A stretch of 64,000 bases of DNA from assembly GCA_963843575.1 (NCBI GenBank), contig CAWJKZ010000021.1, forward strand, positions 32,001 through 96,000, written 5' to 3'. The notes under the pieces were generated by a model that saw only the letters and a list, made by a program, of their open reading frames with translations, did no database searches and was not told the origin of the DNA. Source of the DNA: an uncultured Acidobacteriota bacterium. GTDB taxonomy: Bacteria; Acidobacteriota; UBA6911. The stretch's first letter is position 1, and each line of letters opens with the position of its first letter. Positions 19,607 through 32,757 of this stretch are shown piece by piece. A program made the translations under genes and the position numbers.

Positions 19607-22064
19607 ATGCTCCAAGCTACAGCCCGGAGGTGTTTTCTGCCTCCCCTGTTCCTCTTGCTGTTCCCCGGTCTCGTCGGTGCCCAGGAATTGGCGGGCAGAG
19701 TCATCGACGAGAACGGCGTCGCCGTTCCCGGAGCCCGGCTGGCAATCGAATGTGACGGCTCGGACCTTCCCCTGGTCGCGGTCACGGACGAAGCCGGGCG
19801 CTTCCTCGTGCGCGGCATCCCCGCGGGCCGATCTTCGCTCCGGGTCGATAAGCTCGGTTTCTATGCGTTTGTCTCGGAACTGACGATCACAGGGAACCCG
19901 GCTCCGCTGGAGATCATGTTGAACCATACCCAGGAGTTCGAGGAAACGGTCAACGTCGTCTACTCGGTCCCCAAAGTCGATCCCAAGGAGACGGCGGCGC
20001 AGGATACTCTGACGGCCGAGGTGATCCAGGACCTGCCTTTTTCGTCGACGCATGACTTCCGCAATTCGCTCCCTCTGATACCGGGGGTGTACAAGGATAA
20101 CGCGGGGCGCGTGCATATCGGGGGCGCAGGCGAAGACCAGGCGTACTACAGCCTCGACGGGTTCAACGTCACCAGCCCGGGCTCCGGCACGCTGCAGAAC
20201 CGCATATCGGTGGATGCCCTGCGCTCCGTTACCGTCGAGACCAGTCGCTACTCGGCGGAGTACGGCAAAGGTTCGGCCGGCGTACTCGCGCTGGAGACCG
20301 CCCGGGGAGACGATCACTATCGCTTCTCGGCGACCAATTTTCTGCCGTCCTACGAGTTTCACAACGGCCTGACCCTGAGCAACTGGACACCGCGGGTCAC
20401 GGTCTCGGGGCCGATCGTGCGGGGCCGGGCCTGGTTTTTCAACGCGCTCGACCTCCAGTACGAGATGAACATCGTGGATTCGCTGCCGTCCACCGCCAAC
20501 ACCAACCGCAACTGGCACGGCAGCAACATGAGCGTGTTTCAGGTTCATCTGACCAACACCAACATCCTGACGACCAGTCTGCTCGTCAATTTTCAGAACT
20601 CCCGTCACCTGGGCATCTCCCCGCTCGACCCGGTCGAGACCAGCCGCAACCGCAGGGAGCGGTTCTACTTCTTCAGCGTAAAAGACCAGGCCTACCTCGA
20701 AGGGGGCTGGGTGCTTGAGACCGGGGCCGGGATGAACCGACTTGGACACGCGCGAGAGGCCCCTCGGACAGGCGGTGTATACGATCGCCCCGCAGGGGCG
20801 GTCCGGCAACTACTTCCGGTCAATGGAGGGCGAGGTCGAGCGGCTCCAGGCCCTCGCCAACCTGCTCGCTCCGGTCTGGAACTGGAAAGGGGAGCACCGC
20901 CTCAAGTTCGGCGTCGATGCCAACCGGGTGCATTTCGCACAGGAGTCCTCACGCCATGCCTTTGAGGTGCGGCGCCTCTCGAACGCCCTGTCGCGCAGGG
21001 TGGCTTTCGATGGCGTTCCCGTATATGCCCGCGACAGCTCCGAGTTCAGCGCCTTCGGCCAGGACCGCTGGTCCCCCACGGACAATGTCGAGGTCGAGGC
21101 AGGGATTCGGCTCGACTGGGACCAGGTGCTGCGTCAGCCGCAACTTTCGCCGCGGCTTGCCGTGACGTGGGCACCGGTCGGGATACCCGAGTCCAAGCTC
21201 AGCGCCGGGGTCGGCGTTTTCTACGATGCCGTCAACCTCGGGATGCTCACCCGGCCCCTGGATCAGAGGCGCTCCGACGCCTTTTTCGCCGCCGACGGGA
21301 CGACCCTGATCGGCGGGCCTTTCTGGTCGCGCTACGCCGCGGATGAAAGGCGTCTCAAGGCGCCCTCGTATTTCAACTGGAGTGTCGGCTGGGAGCAGCG
21401 CCTCCCGCGCGCCTTCTACCTGCGGACGAACTACACCCGCAAGCGCGGGCGAAACGGCTGGTCGTACGATCTGCAGCCGACCTTGCCGGGCGTCGTGCCC
21501 GCCGAGAAGGTGTTTGTGCTCGGGAATGCGAGACGGGACAGGTACTCGTACCTGGAGTTCACGCTGTTTCGCGCCTTCTCCCAGCGTTACAGCTGGCTGC
21601 TGTCGTACGCCCGCTCGAGCGCGCACTCTTCGGCCGTGATCGACTACTCGCTCGAGAACCCCGTTTTCGGGCCGCAGGGGAGCGGTCCTCTCGACTGGGA
21701 CACGCCGAACCGGCTGATCACGTGGGGCCTCCTGCCGACGCCGCTGCTGAAGCGATACAGCATCGCCTATTTCGCCGAGTGGCACAGCGGGTTTCCCTAC
21801 AGCGCGGTCAATGATATGCAGGAACTCGTGGGAGCACCGAACGCGCTCCGTTTCCCCGACTATTTCAGCCTCAACCTGCACGTGGAACGGCGGTTTCGAT
21901 TCTGGCGCCATCAATGGGCGCTACGGGCGGGATTCAACAACCTCACCAGTCACCACAATCCCATGGTCGTCAACAACAACACCGGGTCAGCGGAGTTCGG
22001 CCAGTTCGGGGGCGGGCAGGGGAGGGTATTCACGGGCCGGATCCGTTTCCTGGGCAAGAACTGA
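19607..22064 (+). CDS. TonB-dependent-receptor-like outer-membrane protein with a carboxypeptidase-regulatory-like N-terminus, frameshift near 20741
   Basis: Signal peptide; GRVIDENGVAVPGA; YSLDGFNVT; YSAEYG; QDRW; SPRLAVTW; PDYFSLNL; barrel-like C-terminus in the second frame. Confidence 0.8.
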
Positions 22065-22090
22065 TCCTGCAGCTTCCCGCTTGGTGGGCT

Positions 22091-22918
22091 TCATGCGGCG
22101 TGGGGCGCGATTCGGAAGATGACCGTGTGCAGGATGGTCTCCAGGCAACGCCCGTCCGCGAACAGGGCCACGTCGAGCACCACGATGTGGTTCCCCTCGC
22201 TCTCGTACCTGTCGTGCACCCGCGCGCGGGTTTCCACCACGCACTCCTCCCGCTGCGCATGATACTTACGCACCGAACTGGACAGGTTGATCCAAGGGGG
22301 CAGGTCGAAGTTCGCCGCCAGTATGTCGTTGGCACGGCTGACGAGCCAGCCGGGGTGAAGGGCCCGCAGGTACAGCGGGTGATGATCCCTGATCTGTTTC
22401 TGACAGTACTCCCAGTGCGCGATGCGCGTGAATTCCGAGGATATCGGGGTCAGGGGCTGTCCGGGCTCCAGCCGGTCGAGCGCGATGGTGCGCCGCGGAG
22501 TGCTTTTTCGGGCCGGGTAGTCGCCCGGTTGCGGCGCGTGACCCTTCGGGTGATCCGAGAGTGTCGCGGTCCCGGTCCCGCAGTCGATGCCTTGCGGATT
22601 TACCGCGCTATAAGAGACCGTGACTGTTCCCTCGTCGTCGACGCCTGAGACAAGCCCGCCGATCCGTACCTCCTCGCCGTCGTAGACCGGGTGAACCATC
22701 CGGACTTCGGCCGTGCCCCGGGCAAGCCAGTCCTCGCCAAAGAACTCGACGAGGCTGCGAGACATGTAGGCGTAAACAGAGACTCCAGGGACGACGCAGC
22801 CCGCGAAACCGTAACGTCGGGCGTACTCCTCGTTGTGAATGAGGTTCGCCGAATCGGACTCGTGGTTCAGTGCCTTGACGCGATACTCGGGAAGGCGTGA
22901 ACCCACCGCGTACGCCAT
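22091..22918 (-). CDS. Tandem hot-dog fold (MaoC-like) protein
   Basis: ANLIHNEEYARRYGF...VPGV...PVYDGE; second half LHPGW...PWINLSSSV. Confidence 0.6.
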   Translation of the reverse strand: MAYAVGSRLPEYRVKALNHESDSANLIHNEEYARRYGFAGCVVPGVSVYAYMSRSLVEFFGEDWLARGTAEVRMVHPVYDGEEVRIGGLVSGVDDEGTVTVSYSAVNPQGIDCGTGTATLSDHPKGHAPQPGDYPARKSTPRRTIALDRLEPGQPLTPISSEFTRIAHWEYCQKQIRDHHPLYLRALHPGWLVSRANDILAANFDLPPWINLSSSVRKYHAQREECVVETRARVHDRYESEGNHIVVLDVALFADGRCLETILHTVIFRIAPHAA

Positions 22919-23142
22919 TGCATCCGCCCTGCCGGGACTCGCCCGGCTGCCCTACCTGCCTGCTGAAAGTTTAGCCCCGTATCTTATAGGAAGCGAGTAT
23001 CTCGGAACAGCTGAGAATTCCCCCGCCCGCGCGGGAGAGTGAGCCGGTGCGTATTCCGCCATGCCCACCCGCAGCGGTTTGCGGTAATATAATGCGCGCG
23101 TGGCGCGGCTGGCCGCATCGAACTTTCAATGCCGGAGCGAGG

Positions 23143-24105
23143 ATGGAATTCAGAGTCCTGGGAAAGACGAACCTGAAAGTTTCCCGAGTTTCGATGGGCA
23201 CCATGACGTTTGGCGGATCCGTCACGGCGGATGAGTCGGTCCGAATCGTCGATGCGTGCCTCCACAGCGGCATCAACTTCTTCGACACCGCGAACGTCTA
23301 CAACCTCGGGCAGGCGGAGAGCGCACTGGGAAGAGCGCTGCGCGGCCGCCGCCACCAGGTGGTGCTGGCCACGAAGGTGGGGATCAGGATGGGGGACGAG
23401 CCCGACGACGCCGGACTCGGCCGGGCGGCGATTCGGAAGGCCATTCACGGAAGTCTGACCCGGCTGGGCACCGACTGCGTGGACCTCTACTATCTCCACC
23501 GGCCCGATCCCGGCACCCGCATCGACGAAACGCTGGCGGTGATGGACGAGCTGGTCAGGGAGGGGAAGGTGCGGTACCCGGCCATCTCGAACTATCCGGC
23601 GTGGCAGGCCCTGGAAATGCTGTGGAAGTGCGACAACCACGGCTACACGCCGCCCACCGTGTCACAGCCGATGTACAACGTGGTGGCCCGGCGCATCGAA
23701 GACGAATACCTCCCTTTCTGCCGGCAGTACGGGATGGGGGTCGTCGTGTACAACCCGCTCGCGGGCGGCTTGCTTACCGGAAAGCACCATTTCGAACAGG
23801 CCCCGGCTCAGGGCACGCGCTTCGACGGGAACCGCATGTACCAGGACCGCTACTGGCATCGAGAGTACTTCGAAGCGGTCGACAGGCTCGCCGCCATAGC
23901 CCAGGAGCGGGGGCTGCTCCTCCCGGACCTGGCCTTTCGGTGGCTGCTCTCCCAGCCTGCGGTGGACAGCGTGCTCCTGGGTGCCTCGAGCCTGGCTCAG
24001 CTCGAACAGAACCTGGCCGCATGCCGTCAGCCCCCGCTCGAAGCCGACGTCCTGCACGAGTGCGGCGCCGCATGGCCGGCGCTGCGAGGCGTCGCTCCGA
24101 GGTAA
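23143..24105 (+). CDS. Aldo/keto reductase
   Basis: GTMTFG, FFDTANVY, LATKV, DLYYLHRPD, GKVRY, YNPLAGGLLTGK. Confidence 0.92.
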   Translation: MEFRVLGKTNLKVSRVSMGTMTFGGSVTADESVRIVDACLHSGINFFDTANVYNLGQAESALGRALRGRRHQVVLATKVGIRMGDEPDDAGLGRAAIRKAIHGSLTRLGTDCVDLYYLHRPDPGTRIDETLAVMDELVREGKVRYPAISNYPAWQALEMLWKCDNHGYTPPTVSQPMYNVVARRIEDEYLPFCRQYGMGVVVYNPLAGGLLTGKHHFEQAPAQGTRFDGNRMYQDRYWHREYFEAVDRLAAIAQERGLLLPDLAFRWLLSQPAVDSVLLGASSLAQLEQNLAACRQPPLEADVLHECGAAWPALRGVAPR

Positions 24106-24141
24106 TTGCAGCCCCTGCCGTCTTCGCGACCCTGGTGGACG

Positions 24142-25476
24142 ATGAATGATTTCTGGGCGCACGCCGCCGCGTTCGTGTGGGGACCGACAACGATCGTCCT
24201 CCTGATGGGGACCGGTGTCTACCTCTCCTTCCGGCTGCGCTGGAGCCACCTCCGGCGATTCGGTCTGGCCTGGCGCCTAGCCTCGCGTGGCCCTGCGCCG
24301 GAAACGGCGGCCGGAAGCCTGGGCGACATCTCGCCGTGGCAGTCCATGATGACGATGCTGGCCGGGGCCATCGGAAACGGCAACATCGCCGGGGTCGCCA
24401 CCGCAGTCGCGACGGGGGGACCGGGCGCCATCTTCTGGATGTGGGCGAGCGGCCTGCTCGCGATGGCGACGAAATACAGCGAGGCGGTGCTGGGCGGCCT
24501 CTACCGGGAGCGGCTGGACGACGGGACCACGGGGGGCGGGCCGATGTACTACCTCCGGATGGGCGTACGTTCCCCGGCGCTGGCGTGGACATTCGCGCTC
24601 GTGGCCGGGATGGCTGCCATGACGACGGGCCCGCTGGCCCAGACGAACTCGATCGCGCTGGTGCTCAATAGCGAGTTCCACATTCCCCGGTGGCTCTCCG
24701 GTGCCGCGATCGCGGTGGCCGCCTGGCTCGTGGTGATCGGCGGGATCCGCAGCATCGCCCGGTTCGCCGAGCGGCTCGTCCCACTCAAAATCATCCTCTA
24801 TGTCGGCGGTTCCCTTTTCGTCATCGGCGCCAACATTCAGGCGTTGCCCGACGCCATCCGGCTCATCTTCGTCCAGGCCTTCACCCCGACCGCGGCGCTC
24901 GGGGGCTTCGCCGGATCCTCGGTGCTGCTAGCGGCGCGCCTCGGGGCGGCCCGCGGGCTGTATGCCAACGAGGCCGGGCTCGGGACCGCGGCGATGGCTT
25001 ACGGCGCGGCCCGGAGCCGCGACCCGATCCGGCAGGGCCTTATCGCCACCGTGGACGTGTTCGTCATTACGTTTATCACCTGCACGATGACCGCGCTGGT
25101 GGTCACCGTCTCCGGCCGGTGGTCGAGCGGCCTGACCAGCACCGCGCTCGTCGCATCCGCGTTCAACTCCAAGATCCCCGTCCTCGGCGGCTGGATCGTC
25201 GCCCTGAGCTCATTCCTGTTCGGCTACTCGAACCTGGTGGGTTGGTCCTACTACGGCGAGCTCTGCTTCCGCTACATCTTCAGCTCGCGGGTGACACGTC
25301 TCTACTCGTGGATTTACTGCGGGCTGATCTTTGTGGGTGCGGTGTCCGATGTCCGGACCGTGTGGGATTATGCGGACACGATGAACGGGCTGCAGATATT
25401 TCCCAACCTGTTCGGCGTGCTGTTTCTCGCCCCGCAGGTCGCGGCCCTGACCGCCGCACGCACGGGCGCAGACTGA
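24142..25476 (+). CDS. Alanine/glycine:cation symporter (AGCS family)
   Basis: IGNGNIAGVATA, GGPGAIFWMW, GGPMYY, RGLYANEAGLG, WSYYGE. Confidence 0.92.
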   Translation: MNDFWAHAAAFVWGPTTIVLLMGTGVYLSFRLRWSHLRRFGLAWRLASRGPAPETAAGSLGDISPWQSMMTMLAGAIGNGNIAGVATAVATGGPGAIFWMWASGLLAMATKYSEAVLGGLYRERLDDGTTGGGPMYYLRMGVRSPALAWTFALVAGMAAMTTGPLAQTNSIALVLNSEFHIPRWLSGAAIAVAAWLVVIGGIRSIARFAERLVPLKIILYVGGSLFVIGANIQALPDAIRLIFVQAFTPTAALGGFAGSSVLLAARLGAARGLYANEAGLGTAAMAYGAARSRDPIRQGLIATVDVFVITFITCTMTALVVTVSGRWSSGLTSTALVASAFNSKIPVLGGWIVALSSFLFGYSNLVGWSYYGELCFRYIFSSRVTRLYSWIYCGLIFVGAVSDVRTVWDYADTMNGLQIFPNLFGVLFLAPQVAALTAARTGAD

Positions 25477-25502
25477 CGAACGTCCGCGGCACTCCAATTC
25501 CT

Positions 25503-26957
25503 TCAACGCGCCCCGTCCCCGGCTGCGGCCGTCGGGTTCCCGATCAACCTGCTGACGCCGTATCCGACGGCGAAAGTGATCCCGGTGCCGATCAGCACAT
25601 ACCAGGTGAAGGCGATTCCGGTGAAATACCACACCCCCAGCATCGTGATGAGCCCGGCCGCCATCCCGACAATAGCACCGTTCTCGTTCGCCGTGCGCGT
25701 CAGGACTCCCAGCAGGAACACCCCAACCATGCTGCCGTAGGTGATCGAGGCGATCGTCAGCCCCGCTTCCAGCACCGAGCGCACGCCACGGGAGAGGATG
25801 GCGAGCACCACGAGGACGACGCCCCAGACCACGGTCATCCACCGCGAAACCAGCAGCTGGTGCGCGGCGCTCGCGTTCTTCCGGATGAAGGCAAGGTAGA
25901 AGTCGACGACGGTGGTGGAGGCGAGCGAATTGAGGGCGCTGCTCAGATTGGCCATCGCGGCCGCCAGGATCGCGGCGATCATGATTCCGGAAACCCCGTG
26001 CGGCAGGTGGTTAACGACGAAGGTCGGGAAAATCCGGTCGCGGGCCGCCGGGGCCGCCTCTTCCGGGTGGTAGAGGTAAAAGCTGAACAGCATGATGCCG
26101 ACCAACAGGAACAGGGCGAACTGAAAGAAAACAACCAGGCCGCTCGACAGCAGCGAGATCTTGCTCTCCCGCTCGGTGCGGGCCGCCAGCAGCCGCTGCA
26201 CGATCAACTGGTCCACGCCGTGACTCGCCGTGTTGAGGAACGCCCCGCCGATGACGCCGGCCCAGAAGGTGTAGGGAATGCGGTAGTCGAACGCGAAGTT
26301 CCATATGACGAGCTTGTGCCCCGCGTTGGCCAGCACTCCCGACCACCCTCCCGGGATCAACCAGAGAATGACGAAGAACGTGACCAGGGTGCCGCCGATA
26401 TAGATGGCGAGCTGCACGACGTCAGTCCAGATCACCGCCGTCAGACCTCCTTCGAACGTGTACAGGAGGGTCAGGCCGGAAATAATGAGTATCGACCAGA
26501 CATCGCCGGTGCCGAGGACCACGCTGACCACCGTGGCAATTGCCAGGACGCGCACGCCTTCGGCCAGGGCGCGGGTGATGAGGAACATACTCGCGGTGGC
26601 ATGCTTGATCCTCGCCCCGAAGCGCCGCTGCATGAGTTCGTAGGCGGTGTACATCTCCCCCTTGAAGTATGCGGGTATCAGAACGAGGCAGATAAACACG
26701 CGTCCGACCAGGTAGCCCATCACGAGCTGGAGGAATGTCAGGTCCCCACCGAAGGCTATCCCCGGGGTCCCGATGATGGTCAGGGTGCTGGTCTCGGTAG
26801 CGACGATTGACAACGACAGGGCCCAGGGTGGGATCGTCTTGCCCCCTAGGAAATACGTGTGGATCGACTGCTGCTTCTTTCGGAAATGGACGCCGAACAG
26901 CGTGATGGCGATGAGATACGCGACTACAATAGCCCCGTCAAACCAGCCAAAACCCAT
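25503..26957 (-). CDS. Sodium:solute symporter (SSS family)
   Basis: YFLGGK, SIVATETS, GGLTAVIWTDVVQ, HGVDQLIVQRLL, LSSALNSLAS. Confidence 0.92.
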   Translation of the reverse strand: MGFGWFDGAIVVAYLIAITLFGVHFRKKQQSIHTYFLGGKTIPPWALSLSIVATETSTLTIIGTPGIAFGGDLTFLQLVMGYLVGRVFICLVLIPAYFKGEMYTAYELMQRRFGARIKHATASMFLITRALAEGVRVLAIATVVSVVLGTGDVWSILIISGLTLLYTFEGGLTAVIWTDVVQLAIYIGGTLVTFFVILWLIPGGWSGVLANAGHKLVIWNFAFDYRIPYTFWAGVIGGAFLNTASHGVDQLIVQRLLAARTERESKISLLSSGLVVFFQFALFLLVGIMLFSFYLYHPEEAAPAARDRIFPTFVVNHLPHGVSGIMIAAILAAAMANLSSALNSLASTTVVDFYLAFIRKNASAAHQLLVSRWMTVVWGVVLVVLAILSRGVRSVLEAGLTIASITYGSMVGVFLLGVLTRTANENGAIVGMAAGLITMLGVWYFTGIAFTWYVLIGTGITFAVGYGVSRLIGNPTAAAGDGAR

Positions 26958-27112
26958 GCTTCCCCCTGAGATGCCGCCACGTGTACCGCACTTACCGTTC
27001 TGATTTCAATGTTTTTGTCGGTCGGATCCCAAAGGGGGGGCGGTGGATTTCCGGATCCGATGATCGGCGGCAGTGTGTTATCATTGCGGTTTTTCAAGGA
27101 GTGGAATCGGCT

Positions 27113-28950
<1,838 letters not shown>

Positions 28951-29264
28951 ACGTGCTCCTGCGATCGCCACGGGGCGGGCCCGCCCCTCACCGGGTCGAC
29001 TTGTTATATAGTGGGAATTACTTTGGGCACAATGGATATTGTGGGCGCTCGACCGCCCGCGCACATCCGGCCCGCCCGGCGCGGCCGGCCGCAACAAGTC
29101 TTCGACATATGGCGCGGCCGCCGCTATAATCGCCGCCATGCAAAGCCCCGAGCCGTCTGCCGGCATGGAGCAGGTCGCCGGGGCGGTTCACAACGCACGG
29201 GAATACTCCTCGACGTTGCTGTCGCAGTGACGACGGGAAGTCATCATCATTCAAAGAGGTCTAT

Positions 29265-30812
29265 ATGGCGGAGACGACGGGCCGCGTGCTCACAAACACT
29301 CAAAAGGCAATCCTGACGATACTCCGGATTGCGATCGGGTGGCACTTCCTTTACGAGGGGGTTGCCAAGCTGTTCACCCCCGGCTGGAGCGCCGCACCCT
29401 ACCTGCAGACATCCACCTGGATTTTCTCGGATTTCTTCCGCTGGATTGCCTCGACGCCCTGGGCCCTGAAGGCGACGGACCTGTTCAATATCTGGGGCCT
29501 GATGCTGATCGGGGTCGGGCTCATGCTCGGAGTGGCGACCCGGGTTGTGAGCCTGTTCGGAATCGCGCTCCTGATGATGTACTACCTGGCGCACCCGCCC
29601 CTTATCGGCGCGGATTGGCGCCTCCCCGCCGAAGGCCACTACTTCATCGTGAACAAGAACCTGGTCGAGCTCCTCGCCCTCTCCCTTTTTGCCGTGTTTC
29701 CGACGCAGGCTTTCGCCGGCCTGGACCGGCTCTTCGCGGGCCTGCTGCGGCGACCGAAGCCGGCCGGATCCCCGGAATCCGCCTCCGACGCGAGAGCCCT
29801 GTCGCGCCGTGAACTCGTCGGCAACCTTGCCGCCGTGCCGGTGCTGGGGGCCTTCGCGTACGGCGCCTACAAGAAGAGCGATTTCGAAAGAGTCCACGCC
29901 ATCACCGGGGCCACCATCACCCTCCAGGAGGCGGCTCTGAAAGACCTGAAGGGCGAGCTCCCGGCCGGGACGGTCGGCAACCTCCAGATGACTCGGCTCA
30001 TTCTCGGCTGCAACCTGATCGGCGGGTGGGCGCACTCGCGGGATCTCCTGTATGTCTCCTCGCTGTTCAAGGCCTACAACACCGAGCGCAAGGTGTTCGA
30101 GACGATCGAGCTGGCCGAGAAGGCCGGCATCACAATGATGCAGCTCGTGACCGGGCAGTACCCGATGTTTCTGAAGTACACCAAGCTCGTGTCGAACAAG
30201 ATGCAGACGATGTGCCAGGTGTATCCGACCGAAAAGGACATGACGACCGACATAGACAAGGCGATCGACAGCGGGGCGACGACGCTCTATGTGCAGGGCG
30301 CATACGCCGAGCGCTTCGTGAAGGCCGGCAGAATGGATCTGCTCGGCCGCAGCCTGGATTACATGAAGAAGCAGGGTTTTGTCTCCGGCATCGGGGCGCA
30401 TTCGATCGAGGTGCCGATTGCGGTCGAGAAGGCCGGCCTCAACCCGGACTACTACGTGAAGACGATGCACCACGACCGCTACTGGTCCGCGCACCCGCGC
30501 GACAACCGCCAGGAGTGGTCCATCGACGGCAACCGCTCCGAGGATCACAACGGTTTTCACGACAACATGTTCGACCTCTTCCCAGAGCGCACGATCGAGT
30601 TCATGGCCACCGTGCAGAAACCGTGGGTGGCCTTCAAGGTGCTCGCCGGCGGGGCGATCCCCCCCCGCGACGGCTTCCAGTATGCCTTCGACAACGGCGC
30701 CGACTTCATCTGCGTCGGCATGTTCGATTTTCAGATCGTGGAGGATGTCAACATCACGCTCGAGGCGCTGTCGAAGTGCACGGCAAGGCGCACGCGTCCG
30801 TGGCTCGCTTAG
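29265..30812 (+). CDS. DoxX-family membrane domain fused to an oxidoreductase-like (AKR/TIM-barrel-like) domain
   Basis: LRIAIGWHFLYEGVAK, YFIVNKNLVE (DoxX); LSRRELV plus a hydrophobic helix; TRLILGCNLIGG, GIGAHS, PWVAFKVLAGG, GADFICVGMF. Confidence 0.7.
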   Translation: MAETTGRVLTNTQKAILTILRIAIGWHFLYEGVAKLFTPGWSAAPYLQTSTWIFSDFFRWIASTPWALKATDLFNIWGLMLIGVGLMLGVATRVVSLFGIALLMMYYLAHPPLIGADWRLPAEGHYFIVNKNLVELLALSLFAVFPTQAFAGLDRLFAGLLRRPKPAGSPESASDARALSRRELVGNLAAVPVLGAFAYGAYKKSDFERVHAITGATITLQEAALKDLKGELPAGTVGNLQMTRLILGCNLIGGWAHSRDLLYVSSLFKAYNTERKVFETIELAEKAGITMMQLVTGQYPMFLKYTKLVSNKMQTMCQVYPTEKDMTTDIDKAIDSGATTLYVQGAYAERFVKAGRMDLLGRSLDYMKKQGFVSGIGAHSIEVPIAVEKAGLNPDYYVKTMHHDRYWSAHPRDNRQEWSIDGNRSEDHNGFHDNMFDLFPERTIEFMATVQKPWVAFKVLAGGAIPPRDGFQYAFDNGADFICVGMFDFQIVEDVNITLEALSKCTARRTRPWLA

Positions 30813-30855
30813 TACTGATGTTCACAGATACGCTGACATTTTTTTCAGGACGCGG

Positions 30856-31965
30856 ATGAGCGCGGATCCCCACGGATCGACCTGGCGACAGGACGCGGCC
30901 GATCCGGGTGATGCTTTGCAGCGCGCCGTGATGTTGCTGGCCACGGCCTGCGCGCTGGCGACGGCCGCCTGTGCCCTGGGGCCGTCTGCGCCGGTGAGCG
31001 AGTCGTTCACGTCGATGGGGACGATCGCCTCGGTCTCAGTCTCCGCGGAGTACCGGGAAGACCTCGCTTCTCTCACCCAGACCATCAAGCTCGCCTTCCG
31101 GCAGCTCGAGGACCGGTTCACCACCTACCAGCCCGACAGCGAAATCTCGCAGCTTGGACGCTCCGCCGGCGCCCCGGTTGCCGTGTCTGAAGATACGGCG
31201 CGTATCCTCGGGCTGTCGAAACACTTCGGTGACCTGACGGGGGGGGCCTTCGATGTAACGGTCGCCCCGTTGGTGAGGCTCTGGGGCTTCGGGGTGCGTC
31301 CCCCGGCCAACCCGCCCCAGGCCGAGGAAATCCGGGAGCAGCTGCGCCTGGTCGATTACCGACGGATTGCGTTGGGCCCGCGGACGGCCTCCCTGCCCGC
31401 CGGCATGAGCGTCGACCTAGGAGCCATCGGGAAAGGCTACGCCGTCGATCGGGGATTCGAATTGCTCGGCCGTACCCGCGTAAAGGCCGCGATGCTGGAT
31501 CTCGGAGGCAACATCCGGGTCCTCGGCAGGCCCGGGACCGCGGAAGAGTGGACGATCGGGGTGCGCGACCCCTTCGACCGGAGCAGGCTGGTCGGGAAAC
31601 TCCGTTTGCCGGATGGGATGGCAGTGGCTACCTCCGGTAACTACGAGCGCTATGTCGATCTCGGCGGCCGGCGCTACGCGCACATCATCGATCCCCGCAC
31701 CGGCACTCCGGTCGCGGGGATGGCGGGCGTCACCGTAATCGCACCCGACGCCACCACTACCGATGCGCTCTCCACTGGTTTGTTCGTGCTCGGGATCGAG
31801 GTCGGCACGAAGGCACTACGACGCGTCCCGGGGGCTGCGGCCCTGTTCATCCCCGACCGCGAACCCGTTGAGCTCTGGTTGACGCCCGGGATGGAACAGT
31901 TGTTCCAGCCGGTTCCCGACTGCGCGCCGGCGGTGCGGCACACGAGTACGAATGCCTCCAGGTAG
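30856..31965 (+). CDS. apbE: FAD:protein FMN transferase ApbE (start uncertain)
   Basis: SMGT, GAFDVTV, DLGAIGKGY, DLGGNI, ATSGNYERY, HIIDPRTG, DALST. Confidence 0.92.
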   Translation: MSADPHGSTWRQDAADPGDALQRAVMLLATACALATAACALGPSAPVSESFTSMGTIASVSVSAEYREDLASLTQTIKLAFRQLEDRFTTYQPDSEISQLGRSAGAPVAVSEDTARILGLSKHFGDLTGGAFDVTVAPLVRLWGFGVRPPANPPQAEEIREQLRLVDYRRIALGPRTASLPAGMSVDLGAIGKGYAVDRGFELLGRTRVKAAMLDLGGNIRVLGRPGTAEEWTIGVRDPFDRSRLVGKLRLPDGMAVATSGNYERYVDLGGRRYAHIIDPRTGTPVAGMAGVTVIAPDATTTDALSTGLFVLGIEVGTKALRRVPGAAALFIPDREPVELWLTPGMEQLFQPVPDCAPAVRHTSTNASR

Positions 31966-32082
31966 GCGCGAGGCAGCTCGATTCACCGCAGCGCACGACC
32001 CGAGTTCCCCTGGAAGACGTCTCCGGCGCTCCCGTTGAACCGATCGCTCTGAACCGCGACTTCCCGCGGGACTCCCGGTGCG

Positions 32083-32757
32083 TCAGGAGGTCGTGACGAC
32101 AAGCTTCCTGGGACGCGGCCGCCGTTTGACCCCGCTCCTCGGGACGTATCCGAACTGCGCCAAGGCCGCGGCCAGCTTCTTGCGCCCCCGGTGAAGCCGG
32201 TTGACGACGTTCTGGTACGGCACCGGATGCAGCCGGGCGGCAATCTCCCCAGTTGGCATCCCCGCCAGGAGCAACTGCACCGCTTCGCGCTCACCGCAGG
32301 TTAGACCGCCCAGGATGCCGGTGATCAGCGCTCGAAGTTCCGCGTGGTGCAGCCTCGACTCGGGCGTCTGTATTCCCGTCCCGAGGTTGGCGGCGCTCCG
32401 CTCGTGGTGCGAGAAATCGTGCAGCGGGGCGGCGCGCCGCGCCTTTCGGTAGTAGTTGCCCACCTTGTTCCGAAGGATCCCCATGCTCCAGACCAGGAGC
32501 CCCTTCTCGAGCTCGACACCCAGTCCTTTGGATGTCATGGTAAGAAAGGTCTCCTGGACGAGGTCCTCCGCATCTTCCGCGTTCGCCACCCTGAGCTCGC
32601 TCAGCTTCTGCAGCACGACGCGGATGCGGCGCAGTTCGTCGTCCGGCCAATCCTGGAGTTTGGCACTCCTGCGGTAGCCCGCGGCAGCCGTTTCCCCGAT
32701 GTGCAGCGCTTGTGATCCGACGACAATGTAGGAGTAATACACGTTCAGCCCCTCCAA
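32083..32757 (-). CDS. ECF-like sigma-70 factor (start uncertain)
   Basis: DAEDLVQETFL, WSMGILRNKVGNYYRK (region 2); REAVQL...EIAA...VNRLHRGRKKL (region 4). Confidence 0.8.
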   Translation of the reverse strand: MEGLNVYYSYIVVGSQALHIGETAAAGYRRSAKLQDWPDDELRRIRVVLQKLSELRVANAEDAEDLVQETFLTMTSKGLGVELEKGLLVWSMGILRNKVGNYYRKARRAAPLHDFSHHERSAANLGTGIQTPESRLHHAELRALITGILGGLTCGEREAVQLLLAGMPTGEIAARLHPVPYQNVVNRLHRGRKKLAAALAQFGYVPRSGVKRRPRPRKLVVTTS

